Assembly: GCA_951406725.2 (NCBI GenBank)
Contig: OX597839.1
Span: 12,648,001-12,712,000 of the forward strand
Direction of reading: 5' to 3'
Origin: Octopus vulgaris
Lineage: Eukaryota
Length of the DNA: 64,000 nt
In this document: piece after piece, positions 40,379-53,716 of the stretch
Layout: every line of letters starts with the position of its first letter
How positions within the stretch are numbered: the first letter of the stretch is position 1
Program-made: the position numbers and the translations under genes
The notes under the pieces: model-generated
What the model was told of the DNA's origin: nothing
The model's database searches: none
The model's input: only the letters and a program-made list of their open reading frames with translations

Positions 40379-42257
40379 CGCCTAAGGCAGTGAGCTGGCA
40401 GAATCGTTAGCACGTCAAGCAAAATGTTTAGCGGTATTTCGCCCGTCTTTACGTTCTGAGTTTAAATTCCACCAAGGTCGACTTTACTTTTCATCCTTTC
40501 GGGGTCGATGAAATGAGTACCAGTTGAGTACTGGGGTCGATGTAATCGACTAATCCCCTCCGCCAAAATTTCAGGCCTTGTGCCTTTAATCGAAAGGAGT
40601 GTTTTTACTACCGTTTATGCTGTTGATAGTTGGTGGGGTTCTCTTGTTCTTGAATTGCTTGGCGGTCACCTTCGAAGTGGGATGTCATAAACTTGCATGT
40701 GTGTGTGTTTCGGTTCGTTCGTGCTTGCACGTCACCACCGCTTGTCAACCGGTACTGGTTTGTTTACGTGCCCCCTTTCCTGTAACTTAACAGGATACTG
40801 ATAGAATAAGTACCGGGCTTTTAATAGTCAGCATTGAAGTCGGTTTGTTCAACTAGGCTCTTCGAGGCGTCGCCCCAGCATGGCGGCAGTTCATTGACTA
40901 AAACATGTAAAGCATATATAAGAAAGATGAACTCTCTTTACTCTTTACTCTTTTACTTGTTTCAGTCAATTGATTGCAGCCATGCTGGAGCACCGCCTTT
41001 AGTCGAGCAAATCGACCCCGAGACTTATTCTTTGTAAGCCCAGTACTTATTCTATCGGTCCCTTTTGCCGAACCGCTAAGTGATGGGGATGTAAACACAC
41101 CAGCATCGGTTGTCAAGCAATGCTAGGAGGACAAACACAGACACACAAACATACACACATATACATATATATATATACATATATACGACAGGCTTCTTTC
41201 AGTCTCCGTCTACCAAATCCACTCACAAGGCATTGGTCGGCCCGAGGCTATAGCAGAAGATACTTGCTCAAGATGCTACGCAGTGGGACTGAACCTGGAA
41301 CCATGTGGTTGGTAAGCAAGCTACATACCACACAGCCACTCCTGCGATAAAACATGAGGAGAAATTGGCGGGATGACCCTGATTAAGTCAAATTTAGAGG
41401 AGAAAGGAGAGAGTAACCCTAATTGGGTTAAAATGAGGTAAGAGCTAGGGGTTGAATATAATGTAAGGTAGGAGGAAGGACTGGTAGTGAGGGCAGTAGA
41501 GTACATAGACAATAGAAAGCTATGTAGACAGATGGAGAGAACGGAGGGATGAAGAGGGAATTGGTTGAGATAACCTAGTTCTATATTGAACAGCTTGTCT
41601 TTGATGTCTTCTTAACGGTTCACTCTCACACTTCTTCCTCTGTCTCTGTCTTTCTAACTGTCTGTCTGTATCTCTGACACACCCTCTCTCTCTCTCTCTC
41701 TCTCTGCCTTTATGTCTCTTATCTGCATCTCACCTAAGTCCGTCATCGCTTTCTCCCTATTAGACATTTTTTTTCTCTCAGGAAAATCTACAATTATGCT
41801 CAATCTCTCTCTACCCACCTCTCTCTCTCACACACACACAATGCATTTCTCGCCACTTAACTTTCACTTTGGCCTCCATATTTTCTGAATTTCACTGTCT
41901 CCCTTTCTCTCTCCCACTCTCTCTGTATATGTATGTATGTACGTAAGTGTGTATACATACATACATAAAAGAGAGAAAGAGAAATACAGATATATTACAT
42001 ATCAAAAACCATACAAAGTAAATTCTTGATTTATTAAAATCATCCCCTCCTATAGAGGATATCATCATCATCATTTAATGTCTGCTTTCCATGCTAGCAT
42101 GGGTTGAACGATTCAACTGGGGTCTGGGAAGCCAGGAGGCTGCACCAGGCCCAGTCTGATCTGGCAGTGTTTCTACAGCTGGATGCCCTTCCTATAATTA
42201 CCAAATGACAATTAAATCCTGCTCTATATGAGAAGGGGAAATAATCTTTAATAACTG

Positions 42258-42414
42258 AGGAAAAAGTCAAGTTTATTGTTTGGAGATAAGAAAACAGTCG
42301 TGGGTACAGTTTCTAGCTCAATGACCCTCACCAATATGATAAGTAGTCACATGACGAAAATTGTCATGTGCACCGCTGTCCTCTTATCTCCAGACAATAA
42401 ACTTGTCCGTTTCC
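42258..42414. repeat. Short inverted-repeat (MITE-like) element
   Basis: caagtttattgtttggagataagaaaacag versus ctgtcctcttatctccagacaataaacttg. Confidence 0.7.
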
Positions 42415-43108
42415 TTAATTCCTGATTCTCAATATTTCCTATTTTCAAGTGAAGCTATATTGCCATTTCGAAGTTAATATGCATCCTTCAGAGGCGGAGA
42501 TAATTTTAATAAATCTAGGATCTATGTTGTATGGTTTTTGAGACTAGAATAGAGTTACAAAGTTCCAGATGGTAATTCGAGTTTTGCTTAGTTGTCAGAG
42601 TCAAACTTTTCATTGGGGTCGGATAAACCCTCGTCTTTGCCCATATCTCATCATAACTTGAGGCAAGTATCCCTTTTCATGCTGGTTGTAGCTAACAATT
42701 TTTCTTGCTGTTTCTGTAGCGATTGTAGTTTTTCCCACGAGACTTTCCCACTGTAGTTCTAGTAACTGGTTGCTAGCCCTCCGACCACCCTCCTCCTTTC
42801 ACATCTAGGCTTAATATCAAGTTGGTCATGGGGGGATTGGAATACGACTGAATAGTAGCAGGACTGGTTTCAAACATATGAAAGGCTTCTCATGCGAACG
42901 GGCAGCAGATAATGGTTAAAAATATCTGCTTTTTTGCAGCATTAACCTTCTGAGCATTAACAACACCTTTACTCACTGCAGTATCCACAAGAAGACTTGG
43001 CAATCATCAAATCGAAGTACTGAGAATGAAATCAACTAGGTTTGCATTAGTACGAGATGTTGCTCAGCACTAACAGGTGTCAAGTTATGCAGAGATGCAA
43101 ACGTAAAG

Positions 43109-43518
43109 AGATCTTTTCGGTCTGAACAGCAGTTTTTAACATAATTTCTAAGTAACTAAAAAATTTTTAACTTCGTATACTGGTAGAATGTGTTTATAAA
43201 ACATCTTTTTCTCTTGGCTTTATTGAGAAAATTCTATAGTTTGTAAGATATTTGTTGTTTTTTTTCTTCAATTTCTGCAATTTCAACCAATCAATTACAT
43301 GTATTGAGTTAAAAAGCATTCTGTGCTGTAAGAATATGTCCCTCGTTTAAGAAACAAATTGGGTTTATTTACATTTCTGAAGAAAAAAAGATACCCTTAC
43401 TCCACCCCTAACCCTAAAAGAGATTGAAATGCAATAGATCGATTCTAGGGTCATAATTATGGTTTACAATTTCATCTGACACCACTAGAAAAAACTGCCG
43501 TTCAAACCGAAAAGATCC
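43109..43518. mobile_element. Telomere-repeat MITE copy 8
   Basis: Both TIRs; perfect 8-bp TSD ACGTAAAG. Confidence 0.94.
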
Positions 43519-43783
43519 ACGTAAAGTCACACCGTCATCATATTCAGGCGGCGCTGAAGAAGCTAACAAAGAAAATAGAAAGTGGATAGACCGCTTGCAT
43601 ATATATGTGTACACACACACATAAAACTCAAGGACCGCCCCCAGCAGCACAAATTTTTGGCCAAATGCTGGATCTTTGCTTTGCCTTTCCTCTTTGTCTT
43701 TTATTCTACAGCAACTGTTATTTTATTTTACCTGTGTGTGTATGTGTGTATATATACACACACACACACACACATAAGAGTGG

Positions 43784-43815
<32 letters not shown>

Positions 43816-44222
43816 CTTCTTCTTAATCCTTTTTGCCCCTTATTGAGCATAGGGCCTAAACAGTTGTTTTCCACTTTTTGCTGTCATTGGCGTGTTTCTT
43901 GGCTGCTTCCCATGTCAGGCTGGTGGTCCTGAGCTCGTCCAAAATCCTCCGCTTCCTTGTCTGCGGGTTCCAGTCAAGTGCTTGTTGTGTCACATTTGAG
44001 GGTTCTTTCCACAGTGTGTTCAATCCATCTCCATTTCCTTAGTCTAATCTGAACATGTATGGGCTCCTGGTTGGCCCTTTCCCACAGGTCGGTGTTTGGC
44101 ACTCTGTCGAACCACTTCAGATGGAGGATCTGCCGGAGACATTTGTTGATGAAGGTCTGGATCTTCTTGTAGTTGCTGCAGGTGGCTCTCCATGTTTCAG
44201 AGCCATACAAAAGCACAGATTT
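43816..44222 (-). mobile_element. RTE-clade LINE 3' fragment
   Basis: VLLYGSETW...IQTFINKCLRQIL..KWFDRVPNTDLWER...RKWRWIEH motifs; short AAG tail. Confidence 0.88.
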
Positions 44223-44224
44223 TG

Positions 44225-44257
<33 letters not shown>

Positions 44258-45084
44258 ACTCCTTTGATCAGTCTCAGGCTATTGTAGGAAATACCTGTCC
44301 AAGTGCCACTGAGTGGGATTGAACCCAGAACCTTGTGGTTCTTACCATACAGCCATGCCTGCCCCTAAAGAATGTTTTGCATAAATGCGCCTATGATTAT
44401 AGATATACAAAGAAAAATCTATAACCTGGGCAAAATAGGCGTGTCTCATTAGTTGTTCACAGATATTCTCCAATCCTCAAATTCTTGAAAAGACATTCAC
44501 ATCCGTCTGACGGCTGTGTGTGTGTGTGTGTGTGTGTGTGCATTCAGTCGTTCATGTATCAACAGCCGCAAATAGTCTTTGAGAGAAATCTAAACAAGGA
44601 AACCATTGTGTGACCCAAATGAAGAGAGATTCCAGTTTAAACGATGCTACAAGTGATCTGTTATATTATACCCTTGTTCCAGCATTCCATCAAGTGACGC
44701 CATGTACAAACACAGACACACAAACACACAAACACACATGTATGCGTAACATCGCCCACGTTTTCTTTCCCAATTGCTCTCATCTCTGATAAACTCTGGT
44801 GATGACTTCACATACAGAAAACAATGCGAAAACTGTATAATCTTGAAGACAGCACTACTTTCTGCACACAGAACAAGATGGAACAAAACTGTTTTCAGCC
44901 TTTTTTTTTTACCTTTTATTTTCTACTTGCTTCAGTAATTAGACTGTGGCCATGCTGGGGCACTATCTTGAAGAATTTCAGTCGTACGAACCTACCCCAG
45001 TAATTTTTGTTTTAAGCTTGGTACTCATTCTGTCGGTCCCTTTTTGCAGTGTCAAGTAGTGGTGGGGACAATCACAGACACAAA

Positions 45085-46250
45085 GACACTCACAAAGATG
45101 AGGTATTTAAACATGCCAGGAGATAATTCCTTCAGTTTAAAGTTTTTGCACATTCTATTTACACTTCCAGCATAGCTGACAAAATCGTCATCCTCTTCTT
45201 TTACTGAGTTCAAACACTCCCAGTGAGTGTTAAACAGGGAACTCTTATCGCTGAACATATTGGATAGCAATTCAACTGTTTCTGACAAAAAATTTCACTT
45301 TTTTTTAGACAAGGTAAAATTGCAGTATTTTTCTGCAACAGTAGTTTTCACTTTCCATTGTCTTGAAGATTTCTTCGTATCTTTTTCCTTGAAGATTTCT
45401 TTGTATCTTCTGAAGTACACTGAAAAAGTTATACCCTCTTCTGGGTTATAACTAAATTCAGTTATAGCATTCGCTACGCTGTCTGACAAAAACGAACTTG
45501 CAGTGTTTCTCGACTTCAACATCAGTTCCAGCAACTGATTGTATGCTGCTGTTGCTTTTGCAACTGTAATGTGGCAGTTAATAGGTAGTGGAGGTACATG
45601 GCCTAGTGGTTAGAGCAGCGGACTTGCGGTCGAGGGATCACGGGTTCGAATCTCAGACCAGGCGATGTGTGTGTTTATGAGCGAAAACACCTAAACTTCA
45701 CACGGCTCCGGCAGAAGGTAATGGCGAACTTCTGCTGACTCTTTCACCACAACTTTCTCTCACCCTTTCCTCCTGCATCTTGCAGCTCACCTGTGACGGA
45801 CCGGTGTCCCGTCCAGGTGGGGAACCTATACACCAAGGAAACCGGCCCTTATGAGCCAGGCATGGCTCAAGAAGGAACAAACAAGTTAATAGGTTTTCCA
45901 TAATTAATGAATTTTTTTATCAAAAAATTGCTAATGACCAATGTAAGCTTCGAATCAACTCGTTGCCATTTTTATAATGTGGTTTCTGTATATATCACCT
46001 TAGTGTCGTGTACTAATACAGTGTGATATATGGTACCACGTAACGTGGTAGACACCAACTGTTTCCACTTGATGTGTTCCCAAATACTCTACCAACAAAT
46101 GTAACCAATCCAAAACAACTCTCAACAAACAATAACAACTTTTCAACAATTTTCTGCAGCACCACAAACTCACGAACGACACCTTTTGACTTCCTGCAAC
46201 TCCACGAATTCACGAACAACACTTTTCAACTTCTTGCAATTTCTCATCTT
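45085..46250 (-). mobile_element. Gypsy-like LTR retrotransposon 5' remnant (putative LTR, PBS, gag)
   Basis: gag-like FSYNPEEGITFSVYFRRYKEIF...SLFNTHWECL...EDDDFVSYAGSVNRMCKNFKL...FKYLIF. PBS-like TGGCAACGAG at 45959-45968. SINE inserted at 45588. The LTR limit is a guess. Confidence 0.72.
45588..45883 (+). mobile_element. SINE family D, second copy
   Basis: Near-identical to 49940-50241; TSD AGTTAATAGGT. Confidence 0.9.
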
Positions 46251-47947
46251 ATTTTATTTTATGGCCATAAAGGTCTTACACAGAGGGAACAGCACATAGT
46301 GGGGACAAAAAAATAAATGAATGAAATTATACAATGAAAGATGAAATGAAGTCGCTCGGCCCCACCTCCGAATGACTTCATTGAACCTGTAGCAAGACCC
46401 TTTGTAACAGCCAATTTGATATATCATTTGAGCACAATTATTTACACAATAGTTAATCCACCTCTGTTTTTTTAAAGTGTCCACGTACCATATTCTATTT
46501 TTTTTCGGCATTGTGCTGCTGTCTATTTTTTGGACCACCATTCACAGTCACAGTTTTCTATATACCTATGCACCTTTCACAGGTTCTCCAGGTTCATCAG
46601 CACACAATAATCCTTCTCGGGCAAACCTTTTACACCTGCTATATCCACCTTGACTATTCTGTCTCACAAATTTACTTCACTATCCAGTTCCTCTATCTAT
46701 CCATTGTACATTAATATGAATTTTTCATTACAGGGCAGGGGTGGGTAGTTTTGAGGCTCCCATGTGTTTGCCAAAAATTTTTTTGTCAGACACAGTGGGA
46801 CTGAATCCAGAACCATGTGGTTGGTAAGCAAGCTAATTACCACACAGCCAGAGAAAAATTAGTACTAACTCTGTTGTAGTTTCTTCTAGTATTTCTTATT
46901 TATGAGGTTTCCCTATTCCTAGTTTGAAAACGATTTACTTGCAGGTGAGAGGTTAGATTTGTTTGGTTGTGTTCTTTTAAATGTTTATAGTTTGGTCTAG
47001 TCAGTTGTTATTCATTTCTAAATACGTTTTCATTCTGGAATTTTTCAGAAAGGAGTTAACTGAACTGTACTCTCTTTTGAATTGAGTTTCATAATTAAAA
47101 AAACAATTAGCATTTTTTCCCACCGTTGAAGTGAATTTATTTCTTCAGACTCACAGCTTTCATTCCATAGTTTGAGAACACTTTTCACACCCATGCACAC
47201 ACGTGTGTACGAGTGTGAGTACATACATGTACGAGTGTGAGTACATACATATATATATATATATATATATTCTCTCCCACCACTGAAAACCAGTGTTGGT
47301 TTGTTAACATACCCATAACTTAGCAATTCAGCAAAAGAGACCAACAAAATGAGCACCAGAGTGCTGGGATCGATTTTACTAAATCCTTTTAAGCAGTGCC
47401 CCAGCATGGCCACAGTCTACTGATTGAAGTAAGTAAAAGGACAATTAAAATATTATTGTTGTTCATTTAAACCAATGAAGTGCATACTTCCTGATAAGAA
47501 AACTACACAATAGCTCAGCTTGCTAGAAATAGCAACCAAATCTACCTAACATTAAACCTTAGCATCATAAAGTGAGAAGGACACATTGAATTATGTAGTG
47601 CTGAATGCACACTATCTGAATAATAATAATAAAAAAATACACACCTGAATATTTTTCCATCATAGGTCTACTCAATTAGAGCTGACCTGGGTTTAAATAA
47701 CAACAACAATATTATTTCAATGAAAATCACTTTTTAATTGAAAAGGTAAATATTTAATTGAGTTCTTAGATTTGCAGGTATACATTTTCTTTTAAAGAAA
47801 CTTTTGTTCAACATTTCGAAACTGTTCTGCTGTGTTGCAGGAATGGTTTTACTTAATGTTTTCCTGGGGAACGTCTTTAAATCTTAAGAAAATACCTACA
47901 AAAGACATAACAAAAAGTAAATACCACAGTAGCAACATTAATCACAA

Positions 47948-48410
47948 TCATCATCATCATCATCATCGTTTAACATCCGCTTTCCATGCTAGCATGGGTT
48001 GGACGATTTGACTGAGGGGTGGCGAGCCAGATGGCTGCACCAGGCTCCAACCTTGATCTGGCAGAGTTCCTACAGCTGGATGCCCTTCCTAACGCCAACC
48101 ACTCCGAGAGTGTAGTGGGTGCTTTTACGTACCACTGGCACAGTGACCAGTCAGGCTGTACTGGCAACGACCTTGCTTGAATCTTTTTACACATGCCACC
48201 AGCACAGGTGCCAGTAAGGCAACGCTAGTAATGATCATGCTCGATTGGTGCCTTTTACGTGCCACTGGCATGGAAGCCAGTTAGCTGCTCTGGTAATGAT
48301 CACGCTTTGATGGTGCTCCTAGCATCCTGCTAGCACAGGGCATAAGTAAGGCGATCCTGGTAACGATCACACTCAAATGGTGCCTTTTATGTGCCACTGG
48401 CACGGAAGCC
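47948..48410 (-). mobile_element. SINE/LINE-tail family C with an (ATG)n tail and internal tandem units
   Basis: Shared ggcgttaggaagggcatccagctgtagaa...cccatgctagcatgga...gatgatgatg. Copies at about 708-958(+), 42062-42195(-), 49705-49930(-), 60900-61080(+), 62690-62960(-). Confidence 0.8.
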
Positions 48411-48959
48411 AAATAATTCTTTCTTCTAAAGCACAAGATGTGAAATTTTGGGGCAGGGGGTTAGTCAATTACATCGACCCCAATGTTTCACTGGGGTCGA
48501 TTTGTTTAACTAAAATCCTTTAGATGAATGAAACAAGTAAAAGATAAAAGATATATATATATACATACATACATACGCAAACACACAGACACACATGTAT
48601 GTGCATCTTTGTATTTGTCACTCACCACTGCTTAACAACCAGTGTTGGTTTGTTTACATCCTCATAATTTAGCAGTTAAGCAAAGGTGATTAAGAGAATA
48701 AGTACCAAGCTTAAAAATAAGTACAGGGGTCTATTTGTTCAATCAAACTTTTCAAGGTCATGCCCCAGCATGGTTACCGTCAAATGACTGAAACAAGTAA
48801 AAGATAAAGGATTATTGAGATCAAAAATAAAAAGAAACACTTATGGAGATTTAGGCTCAACTGTAACTTACTTTAAAACTGCTCCATGTGACACAACCAC
48901 CAGCATCACCATCATTTATATGAGTAGCAAATATCACAATGATGTATCTATTAAATTAG

Positions 48960-49191
48960 CCGGATGGTAGAATTTCTTCACCAGTCATAGCCTTTGTATT
49001 GAGTTTAGCCCCATATTTCAGTAACAGTTCCACCACCAGACTGATGATACAGGGAAGTGTTTCATGACCGGTTGTCTTCATTCCAACATCAGCTCCATTC
49101 TGCAGTATCATCTCTACAACCTTACTGTTATAACAGGTTTCACAAGTTCTACATATGTAAATGTGTTTTCCCTTACATCTTGTTGATTGAT
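48960..49191 (-). pseudogene. Frameshifted ankyrin-repeat exon remnant
   Basis: Acceptor ttttcatttttAG then INQQDVRENT; after a frameshift, KVVEMILQNGADV and VVELLLKYGAKLNTKAMTGE ankyrin helix-2/hairpin motifs; TPLH motifs decayed. Confidence 0.65.
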
Positions 49192-49236
49192 CTAAAAATG
49201 AAAAGTAAAGAGATAAATAGACACATGTTTGTTTAA

Positions 49237-49446
49237 CCCTTTCGCATTCAGAGTAATCTGCCAAATGAAATAGTTATGCATTCACATTGCTTTCAATTAA
49301 CCATGCATTATTTCATAGCTTTGGGACTTCGATGGTGTGATTGTTTATATTTAGAATGACATGGCATGGTAGGTGTGAGAGGTGAAATCTGGCTAGTTTG
49401 AACATAAGACAGGTAGAATATTTGGGCCGGTTTAAATGCTAAAGGG
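49237..49446. mobile_element. piggyBac-like MITE, second family
   Basis: TTAA-CCCTTTCGCATT...AATGCTAAAGGG-TTAA. An inverted older copy lies at about 24775-24990. Confidence 0.82.
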
Positions 49447-49939
49447 TTAAGGACCTTACTTCCCAACCATGTGGTTGCATGTTGCTGTCCCACTGTGCAG
49501 TACCTTGGGCAAGTATCTTCTACAACATCACTAGGCCAACCAAAACTTTTTGAGAGTGAATTCAGTAAACTGAAAGAAGCCCATTTTGTGTGTGTGTACA
49601 TATAAAGTATGTATGAGTGCTTGTGTACCCTTGTCTTGACTCCACATGATGGTTTTAAATGAGCATCACTGTCATACAAGTGTAGTCGTTTGTTTGCAGT
49701 CTTCATTATCATCATCATTTAGCATCCATTTTCTGTGCTGGCATGGGTAAGATGGTTTAACTGATGCTGGTAAGTTGCACCAGGCTCCAGTCTATTTTGG
49801 CTTTGTTTCTATGGCTGGATGCTCTTCCAAACGCCAACCACTCCATGGAGTGTAGTGGTTGTCATTTATGTGTTTCCAGCATGGGTGACTTTCATGTGAG
49901 TCACCAGCACAGGTGCCTTTCATGTGTTACCTGCACAGG

Positions 49940-50241
49940 TGGAGGCACATGGCCTAGTGGTTAGAGCAGCGGACTCGCGGTCGAGGGATCACGGGTTCGA
50001 ATCTCAGACCGGGCGATGTGTGTGTTTATGAGCGAAACACCTAAGCTCCACACAGCTCCGGCAGAAGATAATGGTGAACTTCTGCTGACTCTTTCGCCAC
50101 AACTTTCTCTCACTCTTTCCTCCTGCATCTTGCAGCTCACCTGCGACAGACCAGCGTCCCGTCCAGGTGGGGAACCTATACACCAAAAAACCGGCCCATA
50201 TGAGTCAGGCACGGCTCGAGAAGGAATAAACAACAACAACA
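49940..50241 (+). mobile_element. tRNA(Arg)-like-headed SINE family D
   Basis: A box tggcctagtgg, B box gggttcgaatc, (AAC)n tail, 11-bp TSD ACCTGCACAGG. Confidence 0.9.
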
Positions 50242-50736
50242 ACCTGCACAGGGGTCTTTCATGTGTCACCAACACTGGAGATGACTACAATTTCACTTAG
50301 CTTGGCATGTCATCTCAACCATAGTAAATCACCAAGCATCTTGGTCACTTGTCATCACTTCTGTGAGACTCAACATTCAAAGATCATATTTTACCACTTC
50401 ACCTATCTTCCTGGGTCTACATCTTCCACAGGTTCTCTCTACAGTAAGGACTTATTCTTTGTAAGCCTAGTACTTATTCTATCGGTGCGTTTTGCCGAAT
50501 TGCTAAGTTACAGGTGGTTGTAAGCAATGGCAGGGGGACAAATGCAGACACACACAGACATATACACGACAGGCTTCTTTCAGTTTCCGCCTACCAAATC
50601 CACTCACATGACTTTGGTCGTCCCGAGGCTATAGAAGAAGCTCAAAGTGCTACATAGTGGGACTGAACCCAGAACCATGTGGTTGGGAAATCAACTTCAT
50701 ACCACACAGCACGTAAGGATATTTAAAGATTTTTTT

Positions 50737-51141
50737 GGATCTTTTCGGTTTGAACGGCAGTTATTAACATAATTTCTAGGTAACTAAAAAATTTTGAACT
50801 TCGTATACTGGTAGAATGTGTTTATAAAACATCTTTTTCTCTTGGCTTTATTGAGAAAATTCTATAGTTTGTAAAATATTTGTTGTTTTTTTTCTTCTTC
50901 AATTTCTGCAATTTCAACCAATCACTGACGTCTATTGAGGGGAAAAACATTCTGTGCCGTATGAATATGTCCCTCGTTTAAGAAACAGATTGGGTTTATT
51001 TACCCTATCTCTAACCAACCCTAACTAACCCTAACCCTAAAACAGATTGAAATGCACTAGATCGATACTAGGGTCATAATTATGGGTGACAATTTCATAT
51101 GACACCGCTAGAAAAAACTGCCGTTCAAACCGAAAAGATCC
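50737..51141. mobile_element. Telomere-repeat MITE copy 9 (G-tract replaced by extra CCCTAA-like units)
   Basis: Both TIRs, in a T run; internal ccctatctctaaccaaccctaactaaccctaaccctaa. Confidence 0.92.
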
Positions 51142-51599
51142 TTTTTTTACCTTTTCTCTCCTTTTATTGGACAGGATAAGTAATTTTATATTTGTTACAT
51201 TAAGTACTTTTATAAAATCGTAGCGATTTTGATGTGTACGTCCATCTTACCAAATATTAAAAATTCAAGATCAAAGATTAAGAAATAAGAAAAACTATGC
51301 TTATTACACGATGTTCAGACTCGTCAAAGTACCAGTGTAGGTAGTTAATTGCCGTTCTTACGTAAGTTAGTAGGATAGAGAAGATAGATACACTGCTATG
51401 TTCTAAAACAAAAATGAAAAAGAAAATTAAAATATAGCGCTTCCAGTAATCGTATCAAAGTTGTTTCCCTTTGCATACTTTCTTTTTTTCCCTTCCGGTG
51501 AATGAAGACGTAGAGGAAAATAAGCGTTAATTTGGCTGCTATTTCCAGCAGGTCTTTTCCAAAAGCATCATATAGAGTTCTTTAAATAAAAGAAAATTG

Positions 51600-52003
51600 G
51601 GATCTTTTCGGTTTGAACGGCAGTTTTTAACATAATTTCTAGGTAACTAAAAAATTTTAAACTTTGTATACTGGTAGAATGTGTTTATAAAACATCTTTT
51701 TCTCTCGGCTTTATTGAGAAAATTCTATAGTTTGTAAGATATATGTTGTTTTTTTCTTCAATTTCTGCAATTTCAACCAATCAATGACGTCTATTGAGGT
51801 AAAAACCATTCTGTGCCGTATGAATATGTCCCTCGTTTAAGAAACAGATTGGGTTTATTTACATTTGTGAAGAAAAAAATTTACCCTTTCCCCACCTCTA
51901 ACCCTAAAACAGATTGAAATGCAATAGATCGATACTAGGGTCATAATTATGGGTGACAATTTCATATGACACCGCTAGATAAAACTGCCGTTCAAACCGA
52001 AAA
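51600..52003. mobile_element. Telomere-repeat MITE copy 10
   Basis: Left TIR intact; the right TIR tip is merged with the TSD GAAAATTG. Confidence 0.9.
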
Positions 52004-52581
52004 TTGCTTTGTTTAAAGAGATATGAAACCAGACCAACCTTAGAGGCTATGTCGTCATTCGATGTACTTGAAATAGATGCTAAGTCTCCATCAAAGTTCA
52101 TCTTTTAGAAAAATAATAATTATGGTTTCAAATTTGGGCACAAGGAACTCAACTGGCACTTATTTTATCGACCCAAAAAGGAGAAAAGACAGTCAACCTC
52201 AGCGGAATTTGAATTAAGAACTTAACGGCCGACGAAATGCCACTAAGCATTTTGCCTGGTGCACTAACGATTCTGTCAGCTCGCCGCCTTAAAACTAAGA
52301 ATAGCAACAACTAATGAAAGAATATACTGTAAAACAAAGTCCAAGAGGACTAAGCATCACCGACTTTGTTGCTCGTAATTTTCCTTATTACGCGTATTAT
52401 ATCTTTTAGGTACTACTTAAGAAGAGTGCGCGCATTCGCATAGCCACGCATCCGCGCTAGCTAGTCGATCCTTACTTTGTGTTTTTGTATTTTATTTACT
52501 TTGTTTAGAAAATTTATTTACTTTGTTTTAAAACAATTATTTACTTAGTGTAAAAAAAAATATTTCTTTTGTATTTTATTG

Positions 52582-52678
52582 GGATCTTTTCTGTTTGACC
52601 GGCAGATTTTTAAAATAATTTCTATGTAACTAAAAAATTTTAAACTTCGTATACTGGTAGAATAAAGCAAAAAGATCC
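52582..52678. mobile_element. Internally deleted ~97-bp derivative of the telomere-repeat MITE
   Basis: Left TIR plus about 50 bp of body joined to aaaagatcc. Solo TIR fragments also occur at about 38732 and 57625. Confidence 0.8.
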
Positions 52679-52818
52679 CATTCTATCGGTCTCTTTTGCT
52701 AAACCGCTAAGTTACGGGAACGTAGATACACCAGCATCGGTTGCCAAGCGGGTGGTGTGAGGGGTACAAACACACACACACACACTCTCTCTCTCTCTAT
52801 ATATATATATACACACAA

Positions 52819-52856
<38 letters not shown>

Positions 52857-53179
52857 GACGGCTTCTTTCGGTTTCCGTCTAACAAATCTACTCACAAGGC
52901 TTTGGTTGGCCCGAATTTATAGTAGAAGACACTAACACTGGACTCGTAACCATGCAGTGGGAAAGCAAACTTTACCACACAGCCACGCCTGTAATTAAAT
53001 CTTGTAGCGGTACATTGTCTAGGGTGTATAGATTCATTTTTTTCTTATCGCTTTTATATCGACGGAAGGGCGGTGTCCATGTCTGTTTATAGGAACATTG
53101 ACACTAATGAGAAGGAAACGTGATTTGAATGCGGTATACCTACACTTGTGTGCCCCACATCAGCGACTTTGTTTCTTCA

Positions 53180-53716
53180 TAACTTTCAGGAAAAAATGAT
53201 ATTTTTTAATGGAATTTTCTACAGATACCTCTCAGATGGTGTAAATTAAGACTGTATCGGAATTTTAATGTGGATAAAAAGAAAAATTGATAAGCGCAAA
53301 TACGTATCACTGAAATACTTCGTGAATTTTTTTTTCAAAGTTTTTTCAGGTTTCGTTTTGTAGATATATAAGTGATGATGTCAGTATATACGAGGGGGTA
53401 CTGAAAAGTTCCTGGCTTTAAGGGTATCACGAAAAACTTGGTTGGAGGCCCAAACTTCCGAGTTCTTTTATAGGGCTTAGAAAAACTGAAGGACATCTGC
53501 AATGTGTGTATAAATCTGAGAGTACAATATGTTGAATAAAATCATAATTAACTGATCCTCTTGTATTTTCTTTTACCCAAAGCGGGAAACATTTCAACAT
53601 CCTCTGGTACATGTGCGCGCCCACCGATCAGATTAAATTCCAATATAATCGTAATCTACACCATCTGAAGGGTATTCGTAGGAATTTTTTTTTTTTAATC
53701 CATTTTTCTGAAAGCT
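53180..53716. repeat. Older fold-back element (~90-bp inverted arms) hosting the mariner MITE
   Basis: gatacctctcagatggtgtaaattaaga...ggaattttaat (53180-53270) versus attaaattcc...taatctacaccatctgaagggtatt...ctgaaag (53632-53716). Confidence 0.7.
53391..53607 (+). mobile_element. Mariner-derived MITE, second copy
   Basis: Homologous to 11907-12111; TA at 53389-53390 and 53608-53609. Confidence 0.82.

Noticed and set aside
46254-46720. Possible coding remnant next to the Gypsy fragment; similar stretches at 36760-37090, 42480-43060, 60598-60820 and 63720-64000
   Set aside because: They look like decayed TE sequence, but I could not read a diagnostic motif to assign them.
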